A DNA stretch of 64,000 bases, taken from positions 7,201 through 71,200 of the forward strand of contig CBDURU010000004.1 in assembly GCA_965369865.1 (NCBI GenBank), written 5' to 3'. Under the pieces are notes generated by a model, which did no database searches, had not been told where the DNA came from, and worked only from the letters and a program-made list of their open reading frames with translations. Made by a program: the position numbers and the translations under genes. The stretch is from an uncultured bacterium. GTDB lineage: Bacteria > JAJVIF01 > JAPKYR01. Below, piece after piece: positions 1 to 10,182 of the stretch (its first letter is position 1; the number at the start of each line of letters is the position of its first letter).

Positions 1-212
1 AGTATTTGCGAAACTTTCGAACATTATCGGAGTGCTGTTCCATGAAAAATCGGTGAGATAATTTTCACCATCGAGGATGTGTACGTTCCCGGAGGTTCAA
101 ATTGGACGCAATAAATTCAAGCTTTATTATATAGATTATCGCATCAAATCGGGATTTTGGCAATATTGCATATGTATTCCTGAACCACAGCACCCAGTAT
201 CGCTCTTGAAAT

Positions 213-3203
213 TTGCAGGATTTCCTTTATATTTATATTATGCAGGATTTAATGACAACAATAAAATCCCGGAGTCATTGGGTACTCCAGACTGGTATCG
301 TCTCGATACTGGTCCTGCTCCTCTGCGGATGCTCCGGATCTGGGAAGCATGGTGATCCTATAACCCCTGCTGATCCAGGCTCGGATCAAAATATCGGACT
401 GTCGGATGGGATTCCAAATCCAGGCAACCGGTACACGCTGGGTGTCTGGGATTTTCATGTCGATCCGGCAACCCAGACAGTAACCGGGTCTCGAAGGCGT
501 AATGCGGACATGCATCTCAACATTGTCAGGCTCCTGGAGGAACAGTGCAGCGACTGCCTGAGGTTTGACAATTTCGATTTTTCAACGCCGGGTCAGTTAG
601 ATGTGGATATGACAATTAAACACCCTTTTGAAGGCAACCTGGCTCTGACAATATTCGATGTCCGGGGCATTTTTATAACTGATGATCATGAGGACCCATT
701 CATCAGATTTGCGTGGGGTGATGATTTACCTGTCCTTGTAAATCCCGATGGGTATACCTATCTTTTTAGTGAACAGAAATATCCATATAACCCGGATGAA
801 CCATCAATGCTGAATTATTATCCGGGCGTTTTTACCTTCGGGGAAGAGCGATCCGCAAAATTAAATGCTTTTTTAGCATATGGAAAAGATAGTCCGAGAA
901 GGATGTTCCTTCCGGGAACAGAGGAAACCCGAACTTTACAGATCGCGCTTCCTGGCATTCCATTTGATTTCGGATACGTAATAGATGTTTGCTGGGCTCT
1001 TCCGGATGCTGATCCTGTTGTTGATCCTGTGGATGATTTCCCCATTACCGCTAACTGCAATGAAGCATACAAACTTAATATCACTATTGGAGATGGTCTA
1101 ACAACAGCTCCTGGAAGTAAAGCGATAATCGAGGTAGAAATATTCGATCATCAGGGGCATGAAACCATAAGTTATTATTATAATTCTGATCATGATATAT
1201 TCATACCCCAGATAACTGGCCGGTTAATGCTTCCAGATGGCCCAGATATCTGGTACGCCTCACCAGGCATTGTTGATGAAAATCAATTTGAATTTTCTAA
1301 AGCAACCGGTGAAGACAGTTTTCAATTTACAGCTATAATTGAACAAGAGCTACAGTTATCGATTGAGGAAGGTCTTTACCCACTTGAAATTTATGTTTAT
1401 GATACGGTTGAAGATCCAAATCTTGGGTTCCACACAGCATCTAATGTAATTCCGGTATTTATTCCTGGGGGTGTCGACGCGCTACCGGTTGCCGAGGCAC
1501 TGGCGTATCCTGTCCCGCAGACAGTCGGGAAACCTGTTCAGTTTCGCAATAACGGTTCATACGATCCTGATGGCGGTGTAATTACGAAATTTGAGTGGGA
1601 CTGGGATATGGACGGGACGTTCGATGACGAGGGCAATCCGCTAAACCACATATTCGATACCCCTGGTCTCATCTACGTAAACCTTCGTGTAACCGACAAC
1701 GAGGGGTCGTCCCGAACGCTCTTTGAGCCTCTGGAAGTGATGATTAAGGAAGGCGAGGGCTGGGCGCGCACGTGGGGGGGTAGTTTTTCTGACTCTGCAT
1801 GGAATGTAGCTGTGGATAATGAAGGGAATATTTATGTGGTGGGTTATTATACAGCAACAACAGATTTTGATCCAAGTCCGTTTTTGGAAGCAATCAGGCA
1901 AAACTATGGTGAGGATAGCTCTGGATTTATCAGTAAATTTGGCAGAGATGGCCAATTCAAATGGGTACGAACAATGGGCGGATCTTACCAGGCATGGCCA
2001 CATTCACCCATTATAGGTGACAATGGCAACCTTTATTTAGTGGGTAAATTTTGGCCTACGTTGACTTTTGAGGGAGATCCAACACAGACTGAATATTTTT
2101 CCGGAAACGGAGGTGATGCTTTCCTGTGCTCTTACGGTAAGGCAGGTGAGTTCCAGTGGGCGATAACATGGGGAGGGGAAGGAAGTTTTTCAAATAGCGC
2201 AAATTGTCTTGATGGGGCTGGAAATATCTACATTGGAGGGACTTTTAGGGGAACCATCGACTTCGATCCTGGTCCTGGGATCGAGTTACATACAGCATCT
2301 AATGAACTTGATGCATACATTGAAAAACTAAGCCCCACGGGTGATTTTATCTGGGTAAGGACATGGGGATCAGAACCAACGGACCCACCTTCATCCTACT
2401 TAACAAGCCAGGTATATGAGATCGCAACTGATTCCAGTGATGCTGTGTATTGTACTGGTTACTTTAACGGGATTGTAGATTTTGATCCCGGCCCGGAAAC
2501 TGATTTCCATACAGCGACTGGCTTTCCCACGAATTTTAGAGAAGATGTCTTTCTGAGCAAGTTCACCAGCGATGGTGAATATCAATGGGTGAGAACGTGG
2601 GGAAACACCAAAGAGGACGAAGGATATGGGGTGGCTATAGATAGTAAAGATAATATTAGTGTTATTGGTTTTTTTCACAACACTGTGGACTTCGATCCCG
2701 GTCCGGGAGAATTTGAACTAACCTCAGCTTACTCTTATGGGACCTATAGCCCATTTATGAGCAGGTTTAATACTGAAGGTGATTTTATATGGGCTTTAAC
2801 CTGGGATGCCGGGGTGGACTGGCACTGGAGAGGATTATCAATCGCTCTTGATGCATGGGACAATATATTTGTTACAGGTATGTTTTGGCCAAGTGCTGAT
2901 TTCGACCCGGGACCCGGGATTGATGAGAGAACATCAAATGGTGGGAGGGATTATTACCTGAGTAAATTCAATGCTGACGGTGAGTTTTTATGGGTAGGGA
3001 CATGGGGAGGGCCAAGTTCGGAATACAATGGGCACGGGGTTGCTGTAGACTCACTTGGCTATGCAAGTGTTGTAGGTGGATTCCATAGTACTGCTGATTT
3101 CGACCCAGGTCCAGGTGAAGACTTACATTCGGTATACGAATATACCATTGGTGGAGCCGGTGATACATTCCTAACCAGGTTCCCCCCGGATGGCAATTGG
3201 TGA
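213..3203 (+). CDS. Secreted lipoprotein with about 9 beta-propeller (SBBP-type) repeats and a PKD domain
   Basis: 996 aa ORF. The N-terminus has a hydrophobic segment followed by lipobox LLLCGC-SGS. A roughly 45-55 aa motif containing DFDPGPG/DFDPSP and W(V/A)RTWGG recurs about 9 times, as in SBBP beta-propeller repeats. A PKD-like segment (YDPDGG...EWDWDMDGTFDDEGN...VTDNEGS) sits mid-protein. The true start is probably the internal Met at 240 or 252. Confidence 0.7.
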   Translation: MQDFLYIYIMQDLMTTIKSRSHWVLQTGIVSILVLLLCGCSGSGKHGDPITPADPGSDQNIGLSDGIPNPGNRYTLGVWDFHVDPATQTVTGSRRRNADMHLNIVRLLEEQCSDCLRFDNFDFSTPGQLDVDMTIKHPFEGNLALTIFDVRGIFITDDHEDPFIRFAWGDDLPVLVNPDGYTYLFSEQKYPYNPDEPSMLNYYPGVFTFGEERSAKLNAFLAYGKDSPRRMFLPGTEETRTLQIALPGIPFDFGYVIDVCWALPDADPVVDPVDDFPITANCNEAYKLNITIGDGLTTAPGSKAIIEVEIFDHQGHETISYYYNSDHDIFIPQITGRLMLPDGPDIWYASPGIVDENQFEFSKATGEDSFQFTAIIEQELQLSIEEGLYPLEIYVYDTVEDPNLGFHTASNVIPVFIPGGVDALPVAEALAYPVPQTVGKPVQFRNNGSYDPDGGVITKFEWDWDMDGTFDDEGNPLNHIFDTPGLIYVNLRVTDNEGSSRTLFEPLEVMIKEGEGWARTWGGSFSDSAWNVAVDNEGNIYVVGYYTATTDFDPSPFLEAIRQNYGEDSSGFISKFGRDGQFKWVRTMGGSYQAWPHSPIIGDNGNLYLVGKFWPTLTFEGDPTQTEYFSGNGGDAFLCSYGKAGEFQWAITWGGEGSFSNSANCLDGAGNIYIGGTFRGTIDFDPGPGIELHTASNELDAYIEKLSPTGDFIWVRTWGSEPTDPPSSYLTSQVYEIATDSSDAVYCTGYFNGIVDFDPGPETDFHTATGFPTNFREDVFLSKFTSDGEYQWVRTWGNTKEDEGYGVAIDSKDNISVIGFFHNTVDFDPGPGEFELTSAYSYGTYSPFMSRFNTEGDFIWALTWDAGVDWHWRGLSIALDAWDNIFVTGMFWPSADFDPGPGIDERTSNGGRDYYLSKFNADGEFLWVGTWGGPSSEYNGHGVAVDSLGYASVVGGFHSTADFDPGPGEDLHSVYEYTIGGAGDTFLTRFPPDGNW

Positions 3204-3282
3204 GGGAATGGCAGTAGTCCCCCCTGTACAGGCCAGGAACATCCTAAAATAAAAAAATACGTCGATTGTATGCGGGGTAGTT

Positions 3283-3440
3283 ATACCAATCTTAGATTCA
3301 GGGACGCCTTTCCATGCTTCCAGCGTTGAAGGTGTCCCGTGTAACTAAGAATTCATGGGGACACTTTCAACGCTGGAAGCATGGAAAAGCGTCCCCATGA
3401 ATTCTGGAAGCATGAAAAAGCGTCCCCATGAATTCAAAGC
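3283..3440. repeat. Dispersed intergenic repeat, expanded copy A, with a 37 bp inverted repeat (long hairpin) and a 32 bp tandem duplication
   Basis: The 33-mer TACCAATCTTAGATTCAGGGACGCCTTTCCATG and the 12-mer AATTCAAAGCGT flank about 115 bp of internal sequence here. The same two segments abut directly at 39413-39462. The insert contains GGACGCCTTTCCATGCTTCCAGCGTTGAAGGTGTCCC and its near-perfect reverse complement, plus two copies of CTGGAAGCATG(G/A)AAAAGCGTCCCCATGAATTC. Confidence 0.6.
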
Positions 3441-3443
3441 GTC

Positions 3444-4103
3444 TTATATATTCTGCTCAAATGCGGGGTTAAGAATGTAAAGCGCCTGCTCTACTGCCGC
3501 CTTAATATCCTCTGCTTCGCTAATCATGCTGACCGTCGCGATTCTCAGTGGTTTGATTACTCCCGCGAGGTCTTCGAGGTCTGAAAATTTGACACCCCCG
3601 AGGAAAAAAACAGGGACTTTAATCTTACCAAGGATATCCTTCGCGCCTTCGATCCCATGAGGTTCGTGCGGGGAATCCTTGTGGGAAAGCATGAACAGGG
3701 GGCTGTAGATAATGAAATCCGCTCCCATCCACGTTGCGGAAATTGCTTCCTCGACATTATGCGCTGAAAATCCGATAAGGAGGTCCATTCCCATGTGTTC
3801 CCTGACAACCTCTACCGGCAGATTGTTCACCCCGAGTTGAATCCCGTCCGCCCTGACAAGCGAAGCGATATCGAGCCGGTCGTTTACGATCAGTCCCGCT
3901 CCAACGTCATCACAAAGCTCCCTGACCTTAAGGCATTCGGTGTAAAAGTCTGCATCGTTCAGGTCCGGTTCGCGGTATTGAATCCACCTGCAGCCTCCAC
4001 GCAGGACGTCGGCAATGACCGAGAGATTATCACGCCCTTTGGAACGGTGCCGATCGGTGATAAACATAAGGGGATGCTCTCGGATAGATAGTGCTGGGAC
4101 CAA
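3444..4103 (-). CDS. thiE: Thiamine-phosphate synthase
   Basis: 219 aa. The N-terminus (LMFITD...) and the central and C-terminal regions (GADFIIYSP, GGVKFSDLEDLAGVIKPLRIATVS, LIVND...D) match the ThiE TIM-barrel family. Confidence 0.8.
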   Translation of the reverse strand: MVPALSIREHPLMFITDRHRSKGRDNLSVIADVLRGGCRWIQYREPDLNDADFYTECLKVRELCDDVGAGLIVNDRLDIASLVRADGIQLGVNNLPVEVVREHMGMDLLIGFSAHNVEEAISATWMGADFIIYSPLFMLSHKDSPHEPHGIEGAKDILGKIKVPVFFLGGVKFSDLEDLAGVIKPLRIATVSMISEAEDIKAAVEQALYILNPAFEQNI

Positions 4104-4202
4104 CGCTTCATCCTTTTTGGCGGAAATTTATCCCCGTTTACTTCCGCGTTTTAAATGAATCGATACTGGTAGCGGAAAAATTACTTAAAGAATGTTACCA
4201 GC

Positions 4203-4391
4203 CTATTTCTCCGTTATTTCAATTTCAAACTGCTTCTCTTCAAGATTCAGAAAAATCGAGAGTGCGTCCTTTGCGTTGGTGATCACTTCTTCCTTAGTGT
4301 CACCGTACGCGAAAAACCCGGGTGAATCAGGTGAGGTGGCCCACCAGTTATTTTCCAGGCTTTTTTCTATCATTACTTGTACTTTTTTCAT
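4203..4391 (-). CDS. HicB-like / UPF0150 family small protein, a possible orphan antitoxin
   Basis: 62 aa. The motif WWATSPDSPGFFAYGDTKEEVITNAKDALSIFLE resembles the UPF0150/HicB antitoxin fold. No HicA partner is visible. The start overlaps the ugd stop by 4 nt. Confidence 0.4.
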   Translation of the reverse strand: MKKVQVMIEKSLENNWWATSPDSPGFFAYGDTKEEVITNAKDALSIFLNLEEKQFEIEITEK

Positions 4392-5749
4392 CTGCCAACT
4401 CCAATTAATTTAAGACTTGCAGCTTCGAGTTTATCCCGATCGAGGCTGTTACGCCCATCGAAAATCACATTTCCATTCATAAGAGCAGCGATTTTATTCC
4501 AGTCGAGATCCATGAATTCGGGCCACTCGGTCACCAGGATGATAGCATCGGCATCCCGCGCGACCTCGTAGGGATCATCGAAATATTCACAGGAACTGAA
4601 CAGGTCCCTTGCGTTTGCGATTGCCTTTGGATCGGTTGCCCTCAGCCTGGCTCCGTCACGTTTCAGCTCACGCATCAGGTCGATTGCAGGGGCCTCTCTA
4701 ATATCATCGGTGCCGGGTTTGAAAGCGAGACCAAGAATTCCCAATGTTTTGCCGGATAAAGGTTCCAGTTTTCTGCGGATTTTCGCCAGGAACCGGTATC
4801 GCTGGATTCTGTTGACTTCTATGACGGCATTTAAAAGTGTAAAAGTGTAACCGCGGCTTCCCGCATGCTGGTGAAGCGCTTTAGTGTCCTTGGGGAAACA
4901 TGACCCGCCAAAACCGATCCCGGCCCTGAGAAACTGGGATCCGATCCGGGTATCAAGCCCGATTCCCCTGGCGACATCCCCGATATCCGCACCCACTTCC
5001 TCGCAAACATTTGCTATTTCGTTAATGAAACTGATTTTTGTCGCGAGGAACGCGTTGGATGCGTACTTTATCATCTCGGCCGACCTGGGTTTGGTTCTAA
5101 CTACTGGAACCGGATGGTGAAAATCGTGTGGGCGGGCGGGCCGTGGAGGTTCAGGTTCGAAATCCTGTTGAATCAGTTTTGCATACAGTTCATCAAGGAC
5201 ATTAAAAACGGTTTCATCGTCCGCACCGATAACAATCCGGTCCGGATAGAATGTATCTTGGATCGCCTGGCCTTCACGGAGGAATTCCGGATTGGACGCC
5301 ATCAGGAACGGTCCGGTAACCCTGGCTGAGAGACGCTCATGCAGGTAGTCCATCGTTCCCGACGGTACGGTGGATTTAATAACGACAACGGGAACACCGG
5401 CATCGGGATTACGGGATTTCAGGGATTCAGCAACCGATTCGATCGCTCCCTCAAGTTGCGAAAGATCGATCTGCCATGTCTCATTTGTAGGCGTGCCGAC
5501 AGTAAGAAATATTACTTCCGCGTCCCTGCACCCCTCGTTACATTCACCGGTGAATGACAGCCGTCCGGCGGAGATGTTTTCACTCAGCATCTCCTGCATG
5601 GATGCCTCGTAAATAGGACACTGGCCGTTCTTGAGTTTTGAGAGTTTGTCAGGATCGATCTCGACGCCTATTATCTCGTGCCCGAGATCGGCAAGTACGA
5701 CACTGGTTGCGAGACCGACATATCCGCATCCGATTACGGCAACTTTCAT
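4388..5749 (-). CDS. ugd: UDP-glucose 6-dehydrogenase
   Basis: 453 aa. It has an N-terminal Rossmann motif (VIGCGYVGL), the catalytic region GFGGSCFPKD and the UDPG_MGDP_dh C-terminal domain. Confidence 0.9.
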   Translation of the reverse strand: MKVAVIGCGYVGLATSVVLADLGHEIIGVEIDPDKLSKLKNGQCPIYEASMQEMLSENISAGRLSFTGECNEGCRDAEVIFLTVGTPTNETWQIDLSQLEGAIESVAESLKSRNPDAGVPVVVIKSTVPSGTMDYLHERLSARVTGPFLMASNPEFLREGQAIQDTFYPDRIVIGADDETVFNVLDELYAKLIQQDFEPEPPRPARPHDFHHPVPVVRTKPRSAEMIKYASNAFLATKISFINEIANVCEEVGADIGDVARGIGLDTRIGSQFLRAGIGFGGSCFPKDTKALHQHAGSRGYTFTLLNAVIEVNRIQRYRFLAKIRRKLEPLSGKTLGILGLAFKPGTDDIREAPAIDLMRELKRDGARLRATDPKAIANARDLFSSCEYFDDPYEVARDADAIILVTEWPEFMDLDWNKIAALMNGNVIFDGRNSLDRDKLEAASLKLIGVGR

Positions 5750-5826
5750 TCATGGATTGTAGCATTGCAGAGGGACATGGGGGAAGATTAATGTTGATGT
5801 AATTAAAAAATGGGGGAAAAATGAAT

Positions 5827-7401
5827 TTAGTGGCCAAGGTCTGCCAGGTTGAAGCCGGGATGTTTCCATCCAAGGATATCAAGTTTTTCCGAATCGATAT
5901 CGCCGGTTTCCAGCATGTTTTTAAGTAAGTTGCTTGACCTGATATGTTCCGCGAGCCTGGTTGAAGCGTAACCGGTTTGTGTTCCGGTGTGCATGATAAA
6001 CGGCCAGTCGGAGCTTTCGAGAAACAGAAGCTCCCTTTCAAACTGGATGAGCGCCTTTTTGATCTCAGGATCGGCGGTGTCCCTGTGCTTATCCTTGAGT
6101 TTTCGAAGGTGGCGATTTAGCCCGTAAATGTGAGGGTAGACCCATTCCGCCTGGTCCGATCCCCAAACCTCGCCGTAACCGCCGTCGCCCCATGATGAGT
6201 GGGCGGGTATACCCTTACGTGTTTCCCCGCCAGCCCTGATATAATCGGATCCGGTGCAGGCAGCCACATCCTCAAGGTTATTGATCTCCCTGAAGACTTC
6301 GCCGAGCCAGTGGATTCCCTCGAACCACCAGTGCCCGAAGAGTTCAGCGTCATATGGGCAGACGATCAGCGGGGTTTTCATACCACATTCGCCAAGCCAC
6401 CACAATCGACCCTTTATCCGGTTGGCGAAATCATACGCGTGGTCGTGCGCGATCGCTTTTGCTTTCTCGAAGTCATATGGTTCCTTGTGCTCGGTTTCGC
6501 CGGTAATCCGGTGATACTTGATCCCGGTGAAAGTGTGCGCGACCGCGGGCGGCAGGTAGGGTCTGACGATATCAGCGGGAAGGTCGAAGCCGACGTCACG
6601 ATAGAAATCACGGTACCAGTAGTGGCCTGGATACCCTTCCTCGGCACTCCATACGGCTTTGGATGTCTCGCGGTCGCGTCCGAACGCAACCGGTCCGGCG
6701 GGGGTTACCAGAGGCATATGCACTTCGTCATGCGAGGGGGTTACTCCGGGAGAAGCAAGTTCAATTCCGTGGGATTCAACGAAGGTAAATTCTATTCCTT
6801 CATTTGCCAGGATATTTTCTAATCCGGGAATGAAACCGCACTCCGGGAGCCAGATACCGCGGGGTCGACGACCGAGGATCCTTTCGTGGACCCTGCATCC
6901 GACAGCCACCTGGCGTTCGACCGATCCGGGTGACATCATGAGGTGCGGAAGGAACCCGTGGGTTGCCGAGCAGGTAATGATCTCGATCTGTCCCGTGGAT
7001 TCCAATGCCTTGAATGCGCGAATTAATCCGCCATGGCCATCGAGCACATCCCGTATCGCACTAAATCGTTCGCGATACATCTTTACAAGGGGACGGAACG
7101 GGTCGTTGAGGTTCGAGTGGCGTTCCGCTTCTTCATCGAGGAGTTTAAGCCGCGACTCGACATAGCGGATCGTGCGGTCGTGAAGAAGCTTATCCTCAAG
7201 CATAAGGAGAAGAGTGGGCGAGAGAGTCAAAGTCAGGCGTACGGGAATATTGTCGCGTCTCAGTTCCTCAAGGGTGATAACCAGAGGCACGTAAGTTTCG
7301 CATACAGCCTCGAACAGCCATTGTTCCTCCAGGAAATTATTCCACTCGGGATGGCGTACGTAGGGAAGGTGTGCGTGCAACGCTAGTAAAATCGATTTCA
7401 T
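5827..7401 (-). CDS. GH57-family 1,4-alpha-glucan branching enzyme
   Basis: 524 aa. The N-terminal LALHAHLPYVRH motif is typical of GH57 branching enzymes. The gene lies in an operon arrangement with glgA and glgC. Confidence 0.75.
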   Translation of the reverse strand: MKSILLALHAHLPYVRHPEWNNFLEEQWLFEAVCETYVPLVITLEELRRDNIPVRLTLTLSPTLLLMLEDKLLHDRTIRYVESRLKLLDEEAERHSNLNDPFRPLVKMYRERFSAIRDVLDGHGGLIRAFKALESTGQIEIITCSATHGFLPHLMMSPGSVERQVAVGCRVHERILGRRPRGIWLPECGFIPGLENILANEGIEFTFVESHGIELASPGVTPSHDEVHMPLVTPAGPVAFGRDRETSKAVWSAEEGYPGHYWYRDFYRDVGFDLPADIVRPYLPPAVAHTFTGIKYHRITGETEHKEPYDFEKAKAIAHDHAYDFANRIKGRLWWLGECGMKTPLIVCPYDAELFGHWWFEGIHWLGEVFREINNLEDVAACTGSDYIRAGGETRKGIPAHSSWGDGGYGEVWGSDQAEWVYPHIYGLNRHLRKLKDKHRDTADPEIKKALIQFERELLFLESSDWPFIMHTGTQTGYASTRLAEHIRSSNLLKNMLETGDIDSEKLDILGWKHPGFNLADLGH

Positions 7402-7403
7402 AA

Positions 7404-8888
7404 TTATTGCCGGATCATCGAATTATACAGTTTTAAATATTTTTTAGCCTGGGAAGGCCAACTGAAGTCTTTCTTCATACCTGTAATCATAAGTTCTTTC
7501 CAGGCGTCGGGATCGTTGCGGAACATCTGAGCGGCTTTCTTGATTGCGTTGATTACGCTGTTACCGCTGAATGCTTTCATAACGAACCCGGTCGCCTTGC
7601 CGGCTTTCAGTTTTGCCGATGTTGCATTTTCAACGGTGTCCTTGAGTCCGCCGGTCGATGAGACGATCGGGACTGTGCCGTACCTCAGGCTGTAAAGCTG
7701 GTTAAGGCCGCACGGCTCATACCTTGAGGGCATGAGGAAAATATCGCTCCCGGCCTCAATTTTGTGCGCAAGCTCGTTTGAGAATGCGAGATTTACTGAA
7801 ATATGCTCCGGATATTTCTTCGCGGCTTCCGAAAGCAACTGGTGGTACCTTTCATCGCCCGTGCCGAGAATAACCATCTGGCAGTCGAGTTTTACGATTT
7901 TTTTAAGCGTTTCCAGTACGAGTTCAAAACCCTTCTGCTCCGCGAGCCTGGAGATCATGCCGATCAACGGACCCCGGCCGTCGGGAAGCCCGACTTCGTC
8001 TCGCAAGGCTTTCCGGCATTTCCATTTCCCGCTGAGATTTTTATGTGAATATTTCTCTGGTATGAAATTATCTTTTGACGGGTCCCATATATTGTAATCG
8101 ACACCGTTGAGCAGGCCCGAGAGTTTATCCGCCCTCGATTTCAGGACACCATCGAGGCCCGCACCGAATTCGGCTGTCTGGATTTCCTTTGAATATGTCG
8201 GGCTGACCGTTGTAATGTGGTCGGCGAAAATAATTCCGCCTTTCAACAAGTTGAACTGTCCGAAATATTCAAGTCCGTCGACTGAAAAGAGATCCCAGGG
8301 AAGGTCGAGCGCAGGATATTTATCCGCGGGAAAACGTCCCTGGTACCCTAGATTATGGATTGTAAGGACCGAACGGGTGTCTTTAAAAAACTTGTCGTCC
8401 CTGTAATGAGTTTTGAGGAAAATTACCGCACAGGCGGCTTGCCAGTCGTGGGCATGGAGAATATCGGGTTTGATTTCGAGTTTCTTGCATGCCTCAAGCC
8501 CGGCCTTCGCGAAAACACCGAACCTGGTGGCGTTGTCCTCGTAATCCGTGCCCCCTTCGGTGTAAAGCTCCTCACGATCGTAAGCGGACGGGTAATCGAT
8601 AAACAGCACCCGCATGCCCGATTCATGCTTCAATTCACGAACGCACGCTTCCCCGGTGTATCCGGGAAGGAAAAATGGAAGTGTTGAATCTTCGATAATT
8701 TCAGGCTCGTTTCCGGATTTCTCCGCCCATTCCATGACCTTCCGGTAGTAGGGAAGAAAAACTGTGACGTTATTGCCCAGGTTTGACAGCTCAACCGGTA
8801 ATGCGCCAATTACATCGGCGAGACCGCCGGTCTTACAGTATGGAACCATTTCACTGGCCATGAACACGATTTCAGATGTTCGAGGCAT
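7404..8888 (-). CDS. glgA: Glycogen synthase (ADP-glucose type, GT5)
   Basis: 494 aa. The KTGGLADV motif is near the N-terminus and the GT5/GT1 C-terminal domain is present. It overlaps glgC by 17 nt. Confidence 0.9.
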   Translation of the reverse strand: MPRTSEIVFMASEMVPYCKTGGLADVIGALPVELSNLGNNVTVFLPYYRKVMEWAEKSGNEPEIIEDSTLPFFLPGYTGEACVRELKHESGMRVLFIDYPSAYDREELYTEGGTDYEDNATRFGVFAKAGLEACKKLEIKPDILHAHDWQAACAVIFLKTHYRDDKFFKDTRSVLTIHNLGYQGRFPADKYPALDLPWDLFSVDGLEYFGQFNLLKGGIIFADHITTVSPTYSKEIQTAEFGAGLDGVLKSRADKLSGLLNGVDYNIWDPSKDNFIPEKYSHKNLSGKWKCRKALRDEVGLPDGRGPLIGMISRLAEQKGFELVLETLKKIVKLDCQMVILGTGDERYHQLLSEAAKKYPEHISVNLAFSNELAHKIEAGSDIFLMPSRYEPCGLNQLYSLRYGTVPIVSSTGGLKDTVENATSAKLKAGKATGFVMKAFSGNSVINAIKKAAQMFRNDPDAWKELMITGMKKDFSWPSQAKKYLKLYNSMIRQ

Positions 8889-10179
8889 AAGGGGCTTCCT
8901 CCTCCTTTGGTGAATACGGACCCTCCAGCCGGATTACTTCCCCATCCGATGTTACATGGGTCCATTTTGGCACCACCACCCTGCCTTCCGGTGTGATGGT
9001 GAAATACTTTTTATCGAATTTGGAATCGTAGCCAATTTCAACACCATCATCGATGATGCAGCTTTTATCGATAATTGCGTTCCTGATTTTGACATGCTGG
9101 CGGATTTCGGTATCGTTAAAAATTATTGAATCCTCCACCTGGGCATAAGAGTGTACGAATACATTATGTCCCAGTACGCTGTCCAGTACCGATGCTCCTG
9201 AAATTATACTGCCCGAGGCTATAATGCTGTCGACAGCCTTTCCGAATCTGCCGCCTTTCTCGGCGAAAACGAATTTCGCAGGAGGGAAGGGTCTCATCAG
9301 GGTCCTGACAGGCCATTGGTAATTGTACAGGTTTATTGGCGGGTGCACCTGCCTGACTTCCATGTTGGCTTCGAAATAGCTGTCGATCGTACCGACATCG
9401 CGCCAGTATGTTTTTTCCCTCTCTCCCTCGCCGGGAATCCAGTTCAGTGAGTAATCATAAGCGAATACGCTTTCACCGCGAGCGACAAGATCGGGGATAA
9501 TATCCCGTCCGAAATCATGCGTCGAATTTTCGTTCTCCCTGTCGAGGAAAAGAGCGTGCCTGAGAGCCTGGGTTTCCCAGAAGTACGATCCCATGCTCAC
9601 GAGTGTCATATCGGGCCGTCCCGGCATGGGTTTAGGGTCGGCGGGTTTTTCTTCAAAGCCGATAATACGATTCTTTTCATCGACCTCCAAAACCCCGAAA
9701 CGTCCGGCCGCCTCCTCAATATCAACCGGGAGACATGCCACTGTCAGCGTGGCCTGGCGTTTCAGATGGAATCTGAACATCTCTGTTACATTCATTTTGT
9801 AAATATGGTCGCCGCCGAAAACAGCCACGTGCTCAGGATTGTGATCCCAGACCAGATGAAGATTTTGAAACACGGCATCGGCGGTTCCCTCATACCATCT
9901 CGAGCCGGTTCTCATCTGGGCCGGTACCGGGTCGACAAATTGTCCGAGAACTCCGCTAAGGTTCCAGCCCCGCGACAAATGCTGGTTCAGTGAATCGCTC
10001 ATGAACTGGGTGAGGACCTTGATATGGTAAAACCTGGAATTGATGAAATTTGAGAGAACGAAATCGATAATCCTGTAAGCTCCTCCGAAAGGAACGGCAG
10101 GCTTTGCGCGATCCTGGGTGAGAGGCATCAGCCGTTCACCGCGGCCACCCGCGAGAATCATCGCAAGTACTTCCAGCAT
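8872..10179 (-). CDS. glgC: Glucose-1-phosphate adenylyltransferase
   Basis: 435 aa. It has the N-terminal LAGGRGERL nucleotide-binding motif, PAVPFGG and a C-terminal left-handed beta-helix region. Confidence 0.9.
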   Translation of the reverse strand: MLEVLAMILAGGRGERLMPLTQDRAKPAVPFGGAYRIIDFVLSNFINSRFYHIKVLTQFMSDSLNQHLSRGWNLSGVLGQFVDPVPAQMRTGSRWYEGTADAVFQNLHLVWDHNPEHVAVFGGDHIYKMNVTEMFRFHLKRQATLTVACLPVDIEEAAGRFGVLEVDEKNRIIGFEEKPADPKPMPGRPDMTLVSMGSYFWETQALRHALFLDRENENSTHDFGRDIIPDLVARGESVFAYDYSLNWIPGEGEREKTYWRDVGTIDSYFEANMEVRQVHPPINLYNYQWPVRTLMRPFPPAKFVFAEKGGRFGKAVDSIIASGSIISGASVLDSVLGHNVFVHSYAQVEDSIIFNDTEIRQHVKIRNAIIDKSCIIDDGVEIGYDSKFDKKYFTITPEGRVVVPKWTHVTSDGEVIRLEGPYSPKEEEAPYASNI

Positions 10180-10182
10180 TGT

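Noticed and set aside
1-212. Possible gene end or promoter content at the left window edge (ORF 77-355)
   Set aside because: ORF 77-355 overlaps the lipoprotein gene start in another frame and has no recognisable features. The sequence is too short to call anything.
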